Positions 1-11,950 of a stretch of DNA of 64,000 nucleotides are shown here, in pieces. Made by a program: the position numbers and the translations under genes. Source of the DNA: Epiperipatus broadwayi (lineage: Eukaryota; Animalia; Onychophora). The DNA lies in the NCBI GenBank assembly GCA_028023455.1, contig JAQFVV010000001.1:26350001-26414000 (forward strand), in the 5' to 3' direction. The notes beneath the pieces were generated by a model. That model ran no database searches. It was not told where the DNA came from and saw only the letters and a program-made list of their open reading frames with translations. How positions within the stretch are numbered: the first letter of the stretch is position 1; every line of letters starts with the position of its first letter.

Positions 1-620
1 AGAATTCCACATGTAAATAAAGTCAGCAATATGTAAAAGAGATGTGTCTCTCTTTCTCCCTCTCTTGTTCTTGTTGTAAGTAGAAAAAAAAGAATTAACT
101 ATTAAATTAAAAATTTATATAAGAAGTATCAATTTTTATTTTAATTACTTTGATTTATTAAAAATTATGAAAATACTCATTATATTCAGACAGTTTTTCA
201 ATATGGAACATTAGATTAGAACAATGTGCACATCAGTTCTTATTCTCAGTACATTGTTCAGTGTTTTCCCTGACCAACTATTAAAAACTGCTAGGAAGGA
301 AAAGAAAAAGAATCTTGCAGATAAATTGCCAAGAAAGTTTTTTTTTTAAAGCAAAATAAAATACTATGTGTAACTATATTTAATGTTTAATGTGATAATA
401 ATTAAAAGTCGAAATATATTCGAAGCAAACAGACACAATGGTAAGATAGTCTAAAGGAAAGAAATTTAATATTTTATGTTTTTTTAATATTCAAGACAAA
501 TAAATAAAAGATATAATAAATTATAAAAGAATATGGAATAAAAAAGTGAAACTTGAGATTGTCAAGTAGGACAGTATATTGTTCATGAATGAAACTATTT
601 TAATGAAGCAATAATTTTTA
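1..620. repeat. Diverged dispersed repeat, copy 1 (copy 2 at ~5620-6250)
   Basis: Colinear shared blocks in both copies, e.g. GATGTGTCTCT, GTAGAAAAAAAAGAATTAACTATTAA, CTTATTCTCAGTA, CTGCTAGGAAG, CAGATAAATTGC and AATATTCAAGACAAATAAATAAAA. Confidence 0.75.
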
Positions 621-2639
621 TATATGTTGTAAGAGATAGCTTTCAACCATCACACCTGTCCCAATTTCTTTCATAATGTTTGAATTCAGACCAAGTGGTA
701 GGCAAATAATTTATCCTACATACCTACTTATACACATGTAGTATATACATATATAAACATAAATATAAACTGATATGTTTGAGAAATTAATTCTTTTTTT
801 GGCTATTATGAGAAAGCAAACAAATTCATTATATACATGTAGTATATACATATATAAACATACATATTAACTAATATGTTTGTCTATTGGTAGAAAATAA
901 TTAATTTACTTTTCTTCATTTAATATCGTTAACTAAAATAATTACTTGACTTATAGAACAGACATAATCAAAGATCAAAATTATATGAGGTCAAAATTGT
1001 TGCTAAGTGATCGAATTTGGAATAATGAAGATTAAATAAAAATGATAATAATAATGTTTTATGATTTGTCTTTTTTGGGTTAGTTTACAACAATAGATTT
1101 TAGCTAGTGCTAGGAAAACAGTAGAGCATTTCTCTTTACTTGTGATCTAACAACAGAACTGTCAGTACAAAGAAAAAAAATCTTTTTTGTTTTTTTGTTT
1201 TAAAAAAATGTACAGCATTTGAAAAGTAAAGAAACAGTAAAATCTTAATGTCTATATTTTAAAAGTAATCTAAAGTCTTTTTAATTTGGATAGAAGAAAA
1301 GTGGAAAGTTAAACTTTAATTTATAATTATCAGAAATGAACTAGTGATTTAATTTATTCTGCAATATTGAATTCATTATTATGGAAATGATGCAAAGAAA
1401 ATGTGAAACTACTAGAAATTGACTGTTTTCTTTAAAAGAAATTTTTATATATATTTAAGCCACAATAAATAATAATTAATTATAAAGGAATCATTACAAT
1501 TTGTGTGGGGTAAGGAAACCAGTACTGTAGGATGTTCCAAAGCTAGCTTCAATGTCATTATAAAATTATGAAATTAGGAAATTATGATATTTTAAAAGAA
1601 CCATCAAAATGTCTATTTATAAAATGCTGGTGAACATCAATCTTCAATGGATTTATATACATTCAGAAGAGCTAATTGGTATGTGTTTGTTTTAACCAAG
1701 CAGCATGAAATGCATAAATAATAACAGAGTTGGTGAACAGGAACATTATACATAGAGATTGACATTTAAATTTATAAACTCTTAGCTGGAGATAAAATGC
1801 TTGCTTTCCTCAGGATAAATATATTTTGTTTCAATTCACATGATTATTATTTTTTTTGCTTTATTATTGCTATTTGAAAGTTTATGTATTGTAATTTTTT
1901 TATTGTGTGTTCAAGATTCATTTTTTCAAATTTGATCACCTGCAATTTAAAAGTGAAAACAGTGAATAGATATGTGTCATATGTTGATGTATGTTAAAAA
2001 AAAAAATCACAATCAATTAATACGAATTATTTTTAATAAAAGTAAATTTACAGATTCCTCTGGAAATTCAACATTGATCCATCATGGCGACCTCAAGTAA
2101 GGTTTTTATATATTTAACATTGAGGGCAAACTTTAGGACAAGCAAAACTATATTATTTACTAATAAGTTTTAATAATATTTACTTTCATTTTGTTTTATT
2201 TCTGAGTGCACAATTAATCCACTGGAGTAAAATGTCTTTTTCATATCTTTCATTAATTTTACTAGGACTTACACACACAAATAGATGGGGGTGGGGCCAT
2301 ATATATATATTTTTTAATAAAAAAATAGTTATAAATATATTTACCCTAGCCTAAAAATATCATTCTAATAATTACATTAATGGGGTAGTTTTAGAATTAG
2401 TGAACTCTCATTTTGCCTTTCTTTTTTTTTGTTTTATGTATATATTTAATGAATTATATAATATAATTTTGTATATAATATACTTCAAATTATTTTGGTT
2501 CTGTTGTGTGAAGCCATCAAAATGATAGAAAACCATTCTTGATAAACGAATATTTATTTATTTTATTATTTTTTTGTTTGTAAATATTTATTATATATGT
2601 TGTTAATAAATGTATTAAGTTGTTTAAACCTAATCTGAT

Positions 2640-2860
2640 CTCTTTTTGATCATCACCGTCATCATTGTGCATTTATACCACTAGATGCATCATCATTTGG
2701 GCATTTATTCCACTAAATGTTTGATCATCACTATCATCATTGTGCAGTGATACCATTAGATGTTTGATCATCATCATTATGAATTTACACCATTAAAGGT
2801 TTAATGATCATCACCATTATTATGTATTGTTCTTTTAAATAATTGATCATCAGTATTTTT
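2640..2860. repeat. Degenerate minisatellite (GATCATCA..CATCATTGTGCATTTATACCACTAGATG-type units, ~30-45 bp)
   Basis: TGATCATCA and CCA(C/T)TA(G/A)ATG motifs recur in tandem. Confidence 0.65.
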
Positions 2861-2961
2861 CTATATCTATGCTTATACATGGGCATATTTAGTTAATAAT
2901 TGAGTAATGCTATCCCTGAAGAGAGCTGACTGCAAGAACTCCCTTAGCTTAAATTCTGTGG

Positions 2962-3315
2962 TGTAATGGGGCCTAAAAAAGAGATGTAATGAATATGCAT
3001 TAGTCTAGGTCATATTGAAACATTGTAAGTAAATTATGAGTTAGCATACTAAAAGTAGATGTGATTTGGAACTAGGCATTTCATTGTGACATCTTTAGCA
3101 TCCTACTCGAAGGCTTAGGTCTGACAGTAGTGAGATGTGTTCCCTTTGTTATATGCCATTCCTGATTCAGTAACATCTGACGTACCCAAATGTGCCATCA
3201 AATCATAAATTTAGGATATGACTTGTTGTGAGTTGGTTGACACATTGTATTCAAATCATCCAACTACTTAGCCATATTCACATCATTGTATGGTGTATCC
3301 CATGGTTCCGTTATA
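2962..3315 (-). mobile_element. Decayed solo-LTR-like element related to 6286-6802
   Basis: Minus strand starts TATAACGG and ends AGGCCCCATTACA. It shares CATCTCACTACTGTCAGACCTAAG..GTAGGATGCTA with 6504-6548. No TSD seen. Confidence 0.5.
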
Positions 3316-4782
3316 ATATACATATGTGAGAAGTTATAATGAACAATTAGAGATATAAAAGATTTAAATTTTTGACCTAATATCCAACTTGAGAAGTATT
3401 CAAAAGTGAATCTACAAATAATATTTTATTGATACATTATTTTTATTAATTTGTCTAATTATTATTTTATGCATATACTAAAGCAAGTATAGTTTATAAT
3501 ACTTTCCATTTTTTAAAAATACACAAATTAATTATATCAAATTATCACACTATTATAACACCATTTGTTTTATGTAACACATGATAATAATTATACAGGA
3601 TTAATGTTACACATATAATTTTCAGAAAGAACACCCCCTATAACTTTGAAAATATGTTCCCCAGTATGTGAAATTTGGAATGCATGGTTATAGAAGCAGA
3701 TGGTTGTTATTAACTGTCTTGGGGTGATTTTTATATATGAAACCCAAATACTACTTTTCAATTTTACCATTATATAATTATTGATTATTTATTTAACAGA
3801 TTATTCTAAAACTATCATTTGCTTCTCATTTTTGCTTATCTGCAGCACCAATTGGCTGCTCTATGCACAGTTACCTTACATAAATCGGTCCCAACAATGT
3901 GTAGAGTCCAAAGATCCTATTATAATAAAGAAAACTATGTGGTACAAAATAAAAGGATTTTTTTTAGAAAAACCAAAATTAGAAGGCAATATTAAAGTTG
4001 AATGACGAAAAATCTGGATAATATTGTGCAGGGGTAGAGAATGATGTGCTATTAATTCTTAAAATAAAAGAATAACAAATTGAAAATTGTTAAATATCTG
4101 TATACAGATACTTATGTTAATGCATCTGAAGACAAAAAATAGTGAACAACAAATAATCATGGATTCATCTAGTACCATCAAAGTTCAGCCAATGAAGATT
4201 GAGTTAGTGAGTGAAGAAGAAAAGTTGACTGTATTAATATTGGAAGAGGAAGATGGAAGTAAAATATCTACTTCAGGTTGAAGTGAATAGTGTATGGATT
4301 AAGTCATCATGAAGGCTATCTAACCAATAAACAAATATATGGAGAGAGGTAAAATTAAGTTTACAAAAATTAAGGATGGCTTATTCCCTGTTAATCTTGG
4401 ATCTGTTTGAAAAGAATAATGATCATGGATAAAAGAAAGCACACTGGTTTGTAAAAATAAATAAAGAGATGTCAAACCTGAAAATGACTAATCCCAAAAA
4501 TGATTTGAATCCAGAACATGACACGAAAAAATATATAATTAATAGTATACAATTTACCAGCTTGAGACAGAAAGCAAGAATGTCTCTAATTTTAAAACTT
4601 TATTTTAAAAAATGTCAAGAAAATAATTTCACTTAAATTAATCAAGAATTGTCATTATGAAATGGAATGTTTTACAGTCCCATTGTCTCATTTTATGGAA
4701 GAGGATATATAACCATTATCATAGTGATGCCAAAATTACATTATGAATATTTGTCTGAAGATTTATAATGATGGTATATTAT

Positions 4783-5391
4783 TAGATATGATATGTTGGA
4801 CTATTGCCATCAAAATGAGTTAATGTTGAATGTATTAAAAATTGTAAACTTTATGTAAACTTTCCAAATATAAACAACTTGTTAGTAATAACCCACAAAT
4901 AGACAACACAGGTTAGTAATTGCACAATGTTTCAAGTAGTATTATTCTCCACTCTTCTTCAGATGTTGCTGGCCTATGTGCACAGTGACAATATTCGCTT
5001 AGAAGTTGAACTTGCACCTTTACCTTCTTGAATATCGAATTTAAAGCAAACACTCTACCAACTGAGCTATTCTGCCTTTGACAGAATAGCTCAGTTGGTA
5101 AAGTGTTTGCCTCAAATTTGATATTCAAGAATCTAAAGGTGCAAGTTCAACTTCTAAGCAAATATTGTCACTGTGCATATAGGCCAACAACACCTGAAGA
5201 AGATTGGAAAATAATACTACTCAAAATGTAATTACTAACCTGTGTTGTCTATTTGTGTATTATTACTAACAAGTTGTTTGTATTTGGAAAGTTTAAATAA
5301 AGTTTAAAATTTTCAATATATTCAACAAAAATTTTCAATATATTCAACATTAACTCATAGATGATGGAAATAGTCCAACATATCACATTTA
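4783..5391. repeat. ~600-bp imperfect palindrome made of two head-to-head tRNA-derived SINE-like arms
   Basis: Arms at ~4783-5074 and 5082-5391 are reverse complements around a 7-nt spacer. Each inner end reads CAGAATAGCTCAGTTGGTA(G/A)AG (pol III A-box-like), followed by AGTTCAACTTC (B-box-like). Confidence 0.8.
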
Positions 5392-5619
5392 CATTGGGAG
5401 TATATTTTGAAAAATAACATGTATGTTCTTATTTATGTTTGAATATATATATACAAGGTAGAAATAAATAAATGAGGAATGAAATATTCATGTGTAAAAA
5501 ACAATTGTGTGAATAAACATTTTATTTAGTAAATGTGCACTGATATATTCATTTAATTAATTAGCCCTTAATTAGAAAACAGATTACTTTATAAATTCGT
5601 TGAGAAGACAAAATAAAGC

Positions 5620-6250
5620 AAAAAAGATTTCACAAGTAAATGAAGTATTTGTAAAGGTGATGTGTCTCTTTCTCACTTTTATTTGAAGAAGTAGAAAAAA
5701 AAGAATTAACTATTAAGTTAAAAATTTATACAAGGAGTGTCAATTCTTATTTTAATTACTTTGATTTACTTGAATTATTTTTGAATTACTTTGATTTATT
5801 AAAAGTCTTGAAAATACTTATTAGATTTAGACATTTTTTAATATGGAGCCCTAGGCTGAAGCAAGTAGCACATGAGCTCTTATTCTCAGTAATTTGCCAA
5901 GTCTTTTCCCCAACCAACTACTAGAAGCTGCTAGGAAGAAAGAGAAACAATCTCACAGATAAATTGCAAAGAAAAATTTTATTATTGTTGTTTCAAACAA
6001 AATAAAATACTAACATTATGTGTAATAATTAAAAGAGGAAGGATATTCAAGGGAAGAAAAAAGATACAGTGGTAAGATGGTCTAAAGAAAAATAAATTGA
6101 TGTTTTATTTTTTATTTTTGAATATTCAAGACAAATAAATAAAAAATATAATGAACTATCAATGAATATAGTATTAAAAACTGAAATTTCAAATTGTCAA
6201 GTAAGATAGTATATTTTGTTTATGAATGAAACTATTTTAATGAAACAAAT
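5620..6250. repeat. Diverged dispersed repeat, copy 2 (copy 1 at 1-620)
   Basis: Colinear similarity to 1-620, same orientation. Confidence 0.75.
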
Positions 6251-6285
6251 AATAATCTTTCTTTTTTTCATATATATATATATAC

Positions 6286-6802
6286 TGCAACGGTATGGTC
6301 GGATATACCCGGATGTTTCGGTCCGCAAATACATTTGAATACACAGATCAACTTCAACAATCAGCTAGTTCGTCCATAACATATAATCAACTTACATCAA
6401 ATCTAAAAGTGCTGATACTCCTATCTGCCATATTCTAAAGTTGATAGTGCCAAATGCAACAGTCCGGTCCATCCATGTATATAAGAGAAAGAGAGCAAGC
6501 TTGCATCTAACTACTATCAGACCTAGGGTCTTCATGTAGGATGCTAGAGATAAAACGATGAAATAGCTGACTCATGATTACATACATCTTCCATAGACTA
6601 GCCTAAGCCACATGTGATTCAAATCAGTTCATCCTATCTATGAGAAAGAAATAACCTTTATTTAATATTCTCTAACATGCTTATCAAACAATAATGTGGT
6701 TTGTATATTTTTTATATTTACTCCTCTGCTAATAATATAAAATAATAATAATAAGTATAACAGTCATAGAATAAATCATAAAGGAGGCTAAATCCCGTTA
6801 CA
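6286..6802 (+). mobile_element. Solo-LTR-like element with TG..CA ends
   Basis: Begins TGCAACGG and ends CCGTTACA (8-bp inverted ends, 1 mismatch). It retains CpGs. The flanks ATAC/GTAT are inverted rather than a direct TSD. Confidence 0.6.
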
Positions 6803-7056
6803 GTATGTATACTCATTCTTGAAATTATAGATAATCAAAAAAAGCCAATTATTATTAAAATTTTCAGAATTGAATTTTTTTTAAAACTCATATATATATA
6901 ATAGTAAAAATCAGTCATATATCATGTGACCTATATAGCTTGTATTACCAATGTGTAATATATAAAGAACCTGCTACTATCTCTAAACCAGCTTTTTTTT
7001 TTATGATAAATGCTACAAGAGAAAATACATGAAGCTTTTATCTATGATGATCCCCA

Positions 7057-7097
7057 TCCCCAGACCGGTTTCGAGCTATGGCTCTCATCAGTGAGGA
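7057..7097 (-). ncRNA. Minimal type I hammerhead ribozyme, intact core
   Basis: Minus strand reads TCCTCA-CTGATGA-GAGC-CATA-GCTC-GAAA-CCG-GTC-TGGGGA. Stem I is 6 bp (one G-U), stem II is 4 bp starting G10.1-C11.1, stem III is the palindrome ACCGGT, and the triplet is GUC (cleavage predicted between 7063 and 7062). Confidence 0.85.
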
Positions 7098-7848
7098 GCT
7101 AGGACATAAGATTCAAAATATTAACTCAAGCCAAGCATTTATCTAATTCTTAAATATTAAGAAAAAGATCCAAATCTTCAGACACCTACATGTCTTCAAA
7201 CTCAGCTCTTTAACCAAAGAAACTATATGAGCCTGAACTAAATTCAGAGATCCCATATATTAGCAGGATTATCAATTTAATATAGTCAAAGCCCTAATAG
7301 CAAAATTATAATAGTAAAAATCAGTCGTATATCACATGACCTATATAGCTTGTATTACCAATATGTAATATATAAAGAGCCTGCTACTCACTCTAAACAA
7401 GCTTAATTTTTTTTTATGATAAATGCTATAAGAGAAAATACATGAGAGCCATAGCTCGAAACCAGTCTGGGGATGGGGACCATCATAGATAAAAGCTTTA
7501 TGTATTTTCTCTTGTAGCATTTATCATAAAAAAAAAAAATTAAGCTTGTTTAGAGCTAGTAGCAGGCTCTTTATATATTACATATTAGTAATACAAGCTA
7601 TATAGGTCATGTGATATATGACTGATTTTTACTATTATAATTTTGCTATTAGGGCTTTGGCTATATTAAATTGCTAAGCCTGCTAATATATGGGATCTCT
7701 GAATTTAGTTCAGGCTCATATAGTTTCTTTGGTTAAAGAGCTGAGTTTGAAGACATGTAGGTGTCAGAAGATTTGGATCTTTTTCTTAATATTTAAGAAT
7801 TAGATAAATGTTTGGCTTGAGTTAATATTTTGAATCTTATGTCCTAGC

Positions 7849-7889
7849 TCCTCACTGATGAGAGCCATAGCTCGAAACTGGTCTGGGGA
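7849..7889 (+). ncRNA. Minimal type I hammerhead ribozyme (family A copy)
   Basis: TCCTCA-CTGATGA-GAGC-CATA-GCTC-GAAA-CTG-GTC-TGGGGA. The core is intact, but a CpG->TpG change breaks the stem III palindrome. Confidence 0.8.
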
Positions 7890-8619
7890 TGGGAACCATC
7901 ATAGATAAAAGCTTCATGTATTTTCTCTTGTAGCATTTATCATAAAAAAAAAAAATTAAGCTTGTTTAGAGCTAGTAGCAGGCTCTTTATATATATATAA
8001 CTTTAATTGAAATTACCTTCCTAAAATTTTCCAAAGTTCTTCAGCAACTTTTTTCTGAGATGGGGCCTTGTTAGAACAATTACCTACAAAACTGAAACAG
8101 TTATTAATAATTTTTAAAAAAATATTTTCAGAAAGTGTTTTAATCTTTATAAATGTGGAGTTTCTAAATCATGATATTATATTTGCTTGTAATGTATTTG
8201 AAAACTAATAGTAATAATCAAAGAGTTTGTTGCTTACAAGATCATTACCTTTCAATTCCACCATTTTCCCCACTAATTACAGGTTTACTATTCAAACATT
8301 TTAATATAAAAATATGTTAAATAAAATTTACTTCAATGCTATTTGTTCATAAAATGTTTTGATAAATTAGCTCTTTTTTGAATAAAATGTTTTTGAAAAA
8401 TAATTTATGTAAAAATTTCTTATGTATAAATAAATACTGAAAAAAAAATATTTTTTTAAACTTAGACCAATTGCAAAATTAAAATACCCCTAAATGCATT
8501 TAAAAAATTATAGTTTTTTTCCCACACATCATAAAAATTATCACATTTTAAATTATAATATTATTGCTTTTATTAAATAAAAATAATGTTTTGTATAGAT
8601 CGCTATATGAGACTGTCAA

Positions 8620-11600
8620 AGATAGAAGACAATAGGGCAAAAGTTTCCACATTGATGTTTTTTGCTGTAACAGGTGTATTATTAATAGCAAAAAAAATTG
8701 TGTGATTTTAGAATTCCAGAACATGTAATCTATAATAAACTAGTGCAAAATCTAAACACTTATTTTCAACCAGCAGTAACAAAGAGAGTGGTATGTTTAT
8801 AGTTTGAATGCAGATATAATTATCTCAAGAGAGCTATCAGGATTACAATCTAGCTTTAAGAACCCTAGCAAAACATTGGGAATACACATCAGATATAGAA
8901 GACATAGTCCTAGATCTATTGCTCTAAAAAAATCTTGCTTAGCAAAACTGATGTAACATTTAAAGCAGTCATCAGAAGGTTATAGTGCACATCATGTTGG
9001 AAAATGCTTCAGTTTAAAACAGTTCCATAAGGGGAAACAAATATAACAACTATCAGTAAAGTTATAATGGAAAAGTTATCTAAAAACTCTTCAAATAATA
9101 GGCATCCATGTTATTGTTGTGGTAGGATTGGTCACATGAAAAAGTTATATCACTTTAGAAATGAAAAATGTAGAATATACAGTATTAAAGGTCACTTAGC
9201 TAAGATGTGTAAACAAAGGCAAAATAATATAAAAAATAAGCCACATCCAGACTTTAAATCAAGGGGAAGAGGTAAATATAGTAGGATGAAGTTAAAGACA
9301 TTAAAAACTCAGCCAATATTGAAATTATATTAGAGGTTCCTATTTGTGGATTTAAACTTATGATGGAAGTTGACAGTAGAGCTAAATTATTCATTTTGTC
9401 ATTAAAAGAGTAGAACAGAATTAGATCTGAATCTAAAGAGAAATTAAAATTAAAAAAAGACAAATATAATGGCTATATATGTGAATGGTAATAGAATACA
9501 CATCTGTGGAAAAGTTTGTATGGCCACTCTTGTCTTTTATTGGGTTTATTTGCAGAGATCCCTACTGTCATTTTTTCAGGTGCATAGTCTTAATATTATA
9601 GCCTTAATAAATATTATGTTACAGTCATTATAAATCATAGAAAGAAAACCTTATCACCATTTATGGTAGAAAGAAAGTGAATCCCTCTCCTTGGACGAAA
9701 TTTATTCAAATTACTAGGAATATGTTTAAAAATAATCAATAAAATAAAATTGGAAATGAAAGTTAGAAATAAATTTCCTAAATTATTTAAACAGGAAGTA
9801 GCTGAATTATGAGTACATCCTGTTAATATTGAATTGTCAAAAAAAGCACAGCCAATGGTGTTTAAATCACACAATGTTCTCTGTGCACTTAAACTAAATA
9901 TAGAAGAAACAATAGAAGAGAAGGTGATGAAAAGTGCTGACACCAGTCTATGACCCAAGTGAGCTACCCCTGTTGTTGATTTAGTATGCAGAGTCACAGT
10001 TAATAAATGGATTAATAAAGGTACTTATTCTGTTCCAAGTGTGCATGATGTGTTGGAATCATAGCAGAGAGCCTCATCTCTGCAAAAATCGATTTTAATC
10101 AGCATTTCATCAAATCCTGGTTATTGAAAGTATGACTGAGATGTTGACTTTGAGTACCCATGTTGACTTATTTAGGTGGAACAAAGAAGAGTTGAAAAAC
10201 ATGTCTTGGAGGTATTCTCTAAGTAAAATAATGTAAGAGCAAGATTTAATGCTCCCAAATATATTTGTGCAACATCACAAATATTTTTTGGGGCATGATT
10301 TGGTAAGTGAAGATTGAAAATATCTCAACCTTGAAAAGTTAGAGTAGTGAAAGAAATATTTACTCCCAGGAATGTATAAAAGAATTATAAGCCTTTTGGA
10401 ACTGCTTAACTTGTATGACAGATTTCTTAACGGGAAGTTACATCATTTAAAACTATTGTATGATTTATTATGGAAGGAATAAATTGGAAGTGGAGTGATG
10501 AGCATATAGCAGTTTTAAAGAAATTACTGATATCAGGCCAATCTTTTAGTAAGTTATCATAGCAATATAAAAGTTACATCATTACTGATGGTTCTGAATA
10601 TGAAATTAAGACTATTGCACTTTGTTATCCTTGTGGAGAGCATTCAATTGCTTATGCCTCTAAAAATTGTCATCAGCTGAGAAAAACTGTAGTCAGCTGG
10701 ATAAAGAAGCTTTGGCAATAATATTTGTAATAAGGAAGTTTCATCAGTGTGTTTATGGTTGGAAATATATAATCTACACAGACCATCATCCATTACTAGG
10801 AATTTCAGGAAAGATAAAAAATATCTGATTATGCATACAATGGATAAACTTATGATCATGAACTGATCTATAAACTATGAAAAGAGATTGTGCATGATAC
10901 ATTCTAATGTTTTCCTGTTATAGAAGGTATTAAACAGTAATTCATGGAAGTAAATTTGTTAGATGTAGAAAATAGCATGAAGAATTTAAACAGTGAAAAA
11001 TTGTGAAATGGACTTTTAATGATTCTGATTATAGAAAGCATATTAGGGTGTTCAAAAGGCATGGCTAGAAAAAGGTCCAAGTTTTGTAGTTGTTGCAATT
11101 TGGAATTTACATCATAATATGTCAATTGTAATGGATGTAACTTAAATATTGACAGAGTACTGATTCCTATAGAAGGATATACACAGGTAATTAACTTGCT
11201 GTATAAAGAACACCCTGGAGTGATAAGCATAAAAAATTTTATGTAAGATGGCCTAGAATAAATAATGTATCCAAGAGAAAAAAAGTAAAAAAGTGCTCCA
11301 ACTATCAAACTGTAGCAGATCTTCCAAAGAAAGTATTCAAACCATAGTTAGAAGCAAATAAGCTATGGAAGAGTGTTCACATGAATTATAATAAACCAAT
11401 AAATGGATATCAAATTCTGATAGTTGTGGATTTGTATTCAAATTGGGCTGAGTATAAAATAGTAAAATCTATGAGCATAGAAAATACTATAAAAGCATTA
11501 TAAGAAGTTTTTGCTAACTATGGTTATCCTGAGATTTTAGTATCAAATAATGGGACAGCATTTACTTCCAAAAGATTTGTAGACTATGTGAGACACAGAG

Positions 11601-11950
11601 GGATATCACATGTACTTACTTCAACATATTGCTTTAAAAGGGTTGTACAGTGTTAGAAATTAGCTTTCAAGAAAATTAAAATAATTGATATTAAAAGATG
11701 CTTTAATAAAAATTATGTTTTATCAACTTTTTATACCAAGCTCTTTGAAAAGTAAATCACCTGCTGAAGTATTGTTTGGGAAAAAATTCTATATGCATTT
11801 ATCAAAACTTTTGCCAATATATAGATCAAAGAAAAGGAATACCAGTGATGAAATCTATATATCATATAATCTAATCATCTGTAATTCAAATACTGTGGTA
11901 TTTCAACAATGATATCTGAAGTCCATGTCTTTTTTTACAATATCTCTAAC
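8620..11950 (+). mobile_element. Degenerate Ty3/Gypsy gag-pol remnant
   Basis: Two decayed CCHC knuckles (CYCCGRIGH.., C..KGHLAKMC; 9067-9333), a protease-like MEVD (~9363), RT-start PVNIEL (~9816), RNase H LSSAEKN.SQLDKEALAIIF (~10670-10730), and integrase IVVDLYSNW and NNGTAFTS (~11420-11570). Many stops and frameshifts. Confidence 0.85.

Larger units (their letters stand above)
6901..7994. mobile_element. Hammerhead-bearing repeat family A (retrozyme or Penelope-pLTR-like): ~1.3 tandem units on the minus strand joined to ~1.3 units on the plus strand
   Basis: ATAGTAAAAATCAGTC recurs at 6901 and 7311 (410 bp). The orientation switches at 7442-7445. The right-arm period is 416 bp (GTC at 7467 and 7883). 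Both outer ends abut (TA)n. Confidence 0.8.

Noticed and set aside
2914-2945. CTGAAGAGAGC..GCAAGAAC hammerhead-like string
   Set aside because: Stem II 3' strand and GAAA are both mismatched; single occurrence.
3781-4400. Coding-like region with ORFs 3781-4005 and 4087-4281
   Set aside because: Frames conflict and carry multiple stops, and no family motif could be recognised.
5082-5160. Functional tRNA gene
   Set aside because: No acceptor stem, degenerate T-arm, and embedded in a longer repeated arm; treated as a SINE-like head.
6901-7994. CRISPR-like array or prokaryotic system
   Set aside because: Units are ~410 bp with no unique spacers, no cas-like ORFs are present, and the window is eukaryotic in character.
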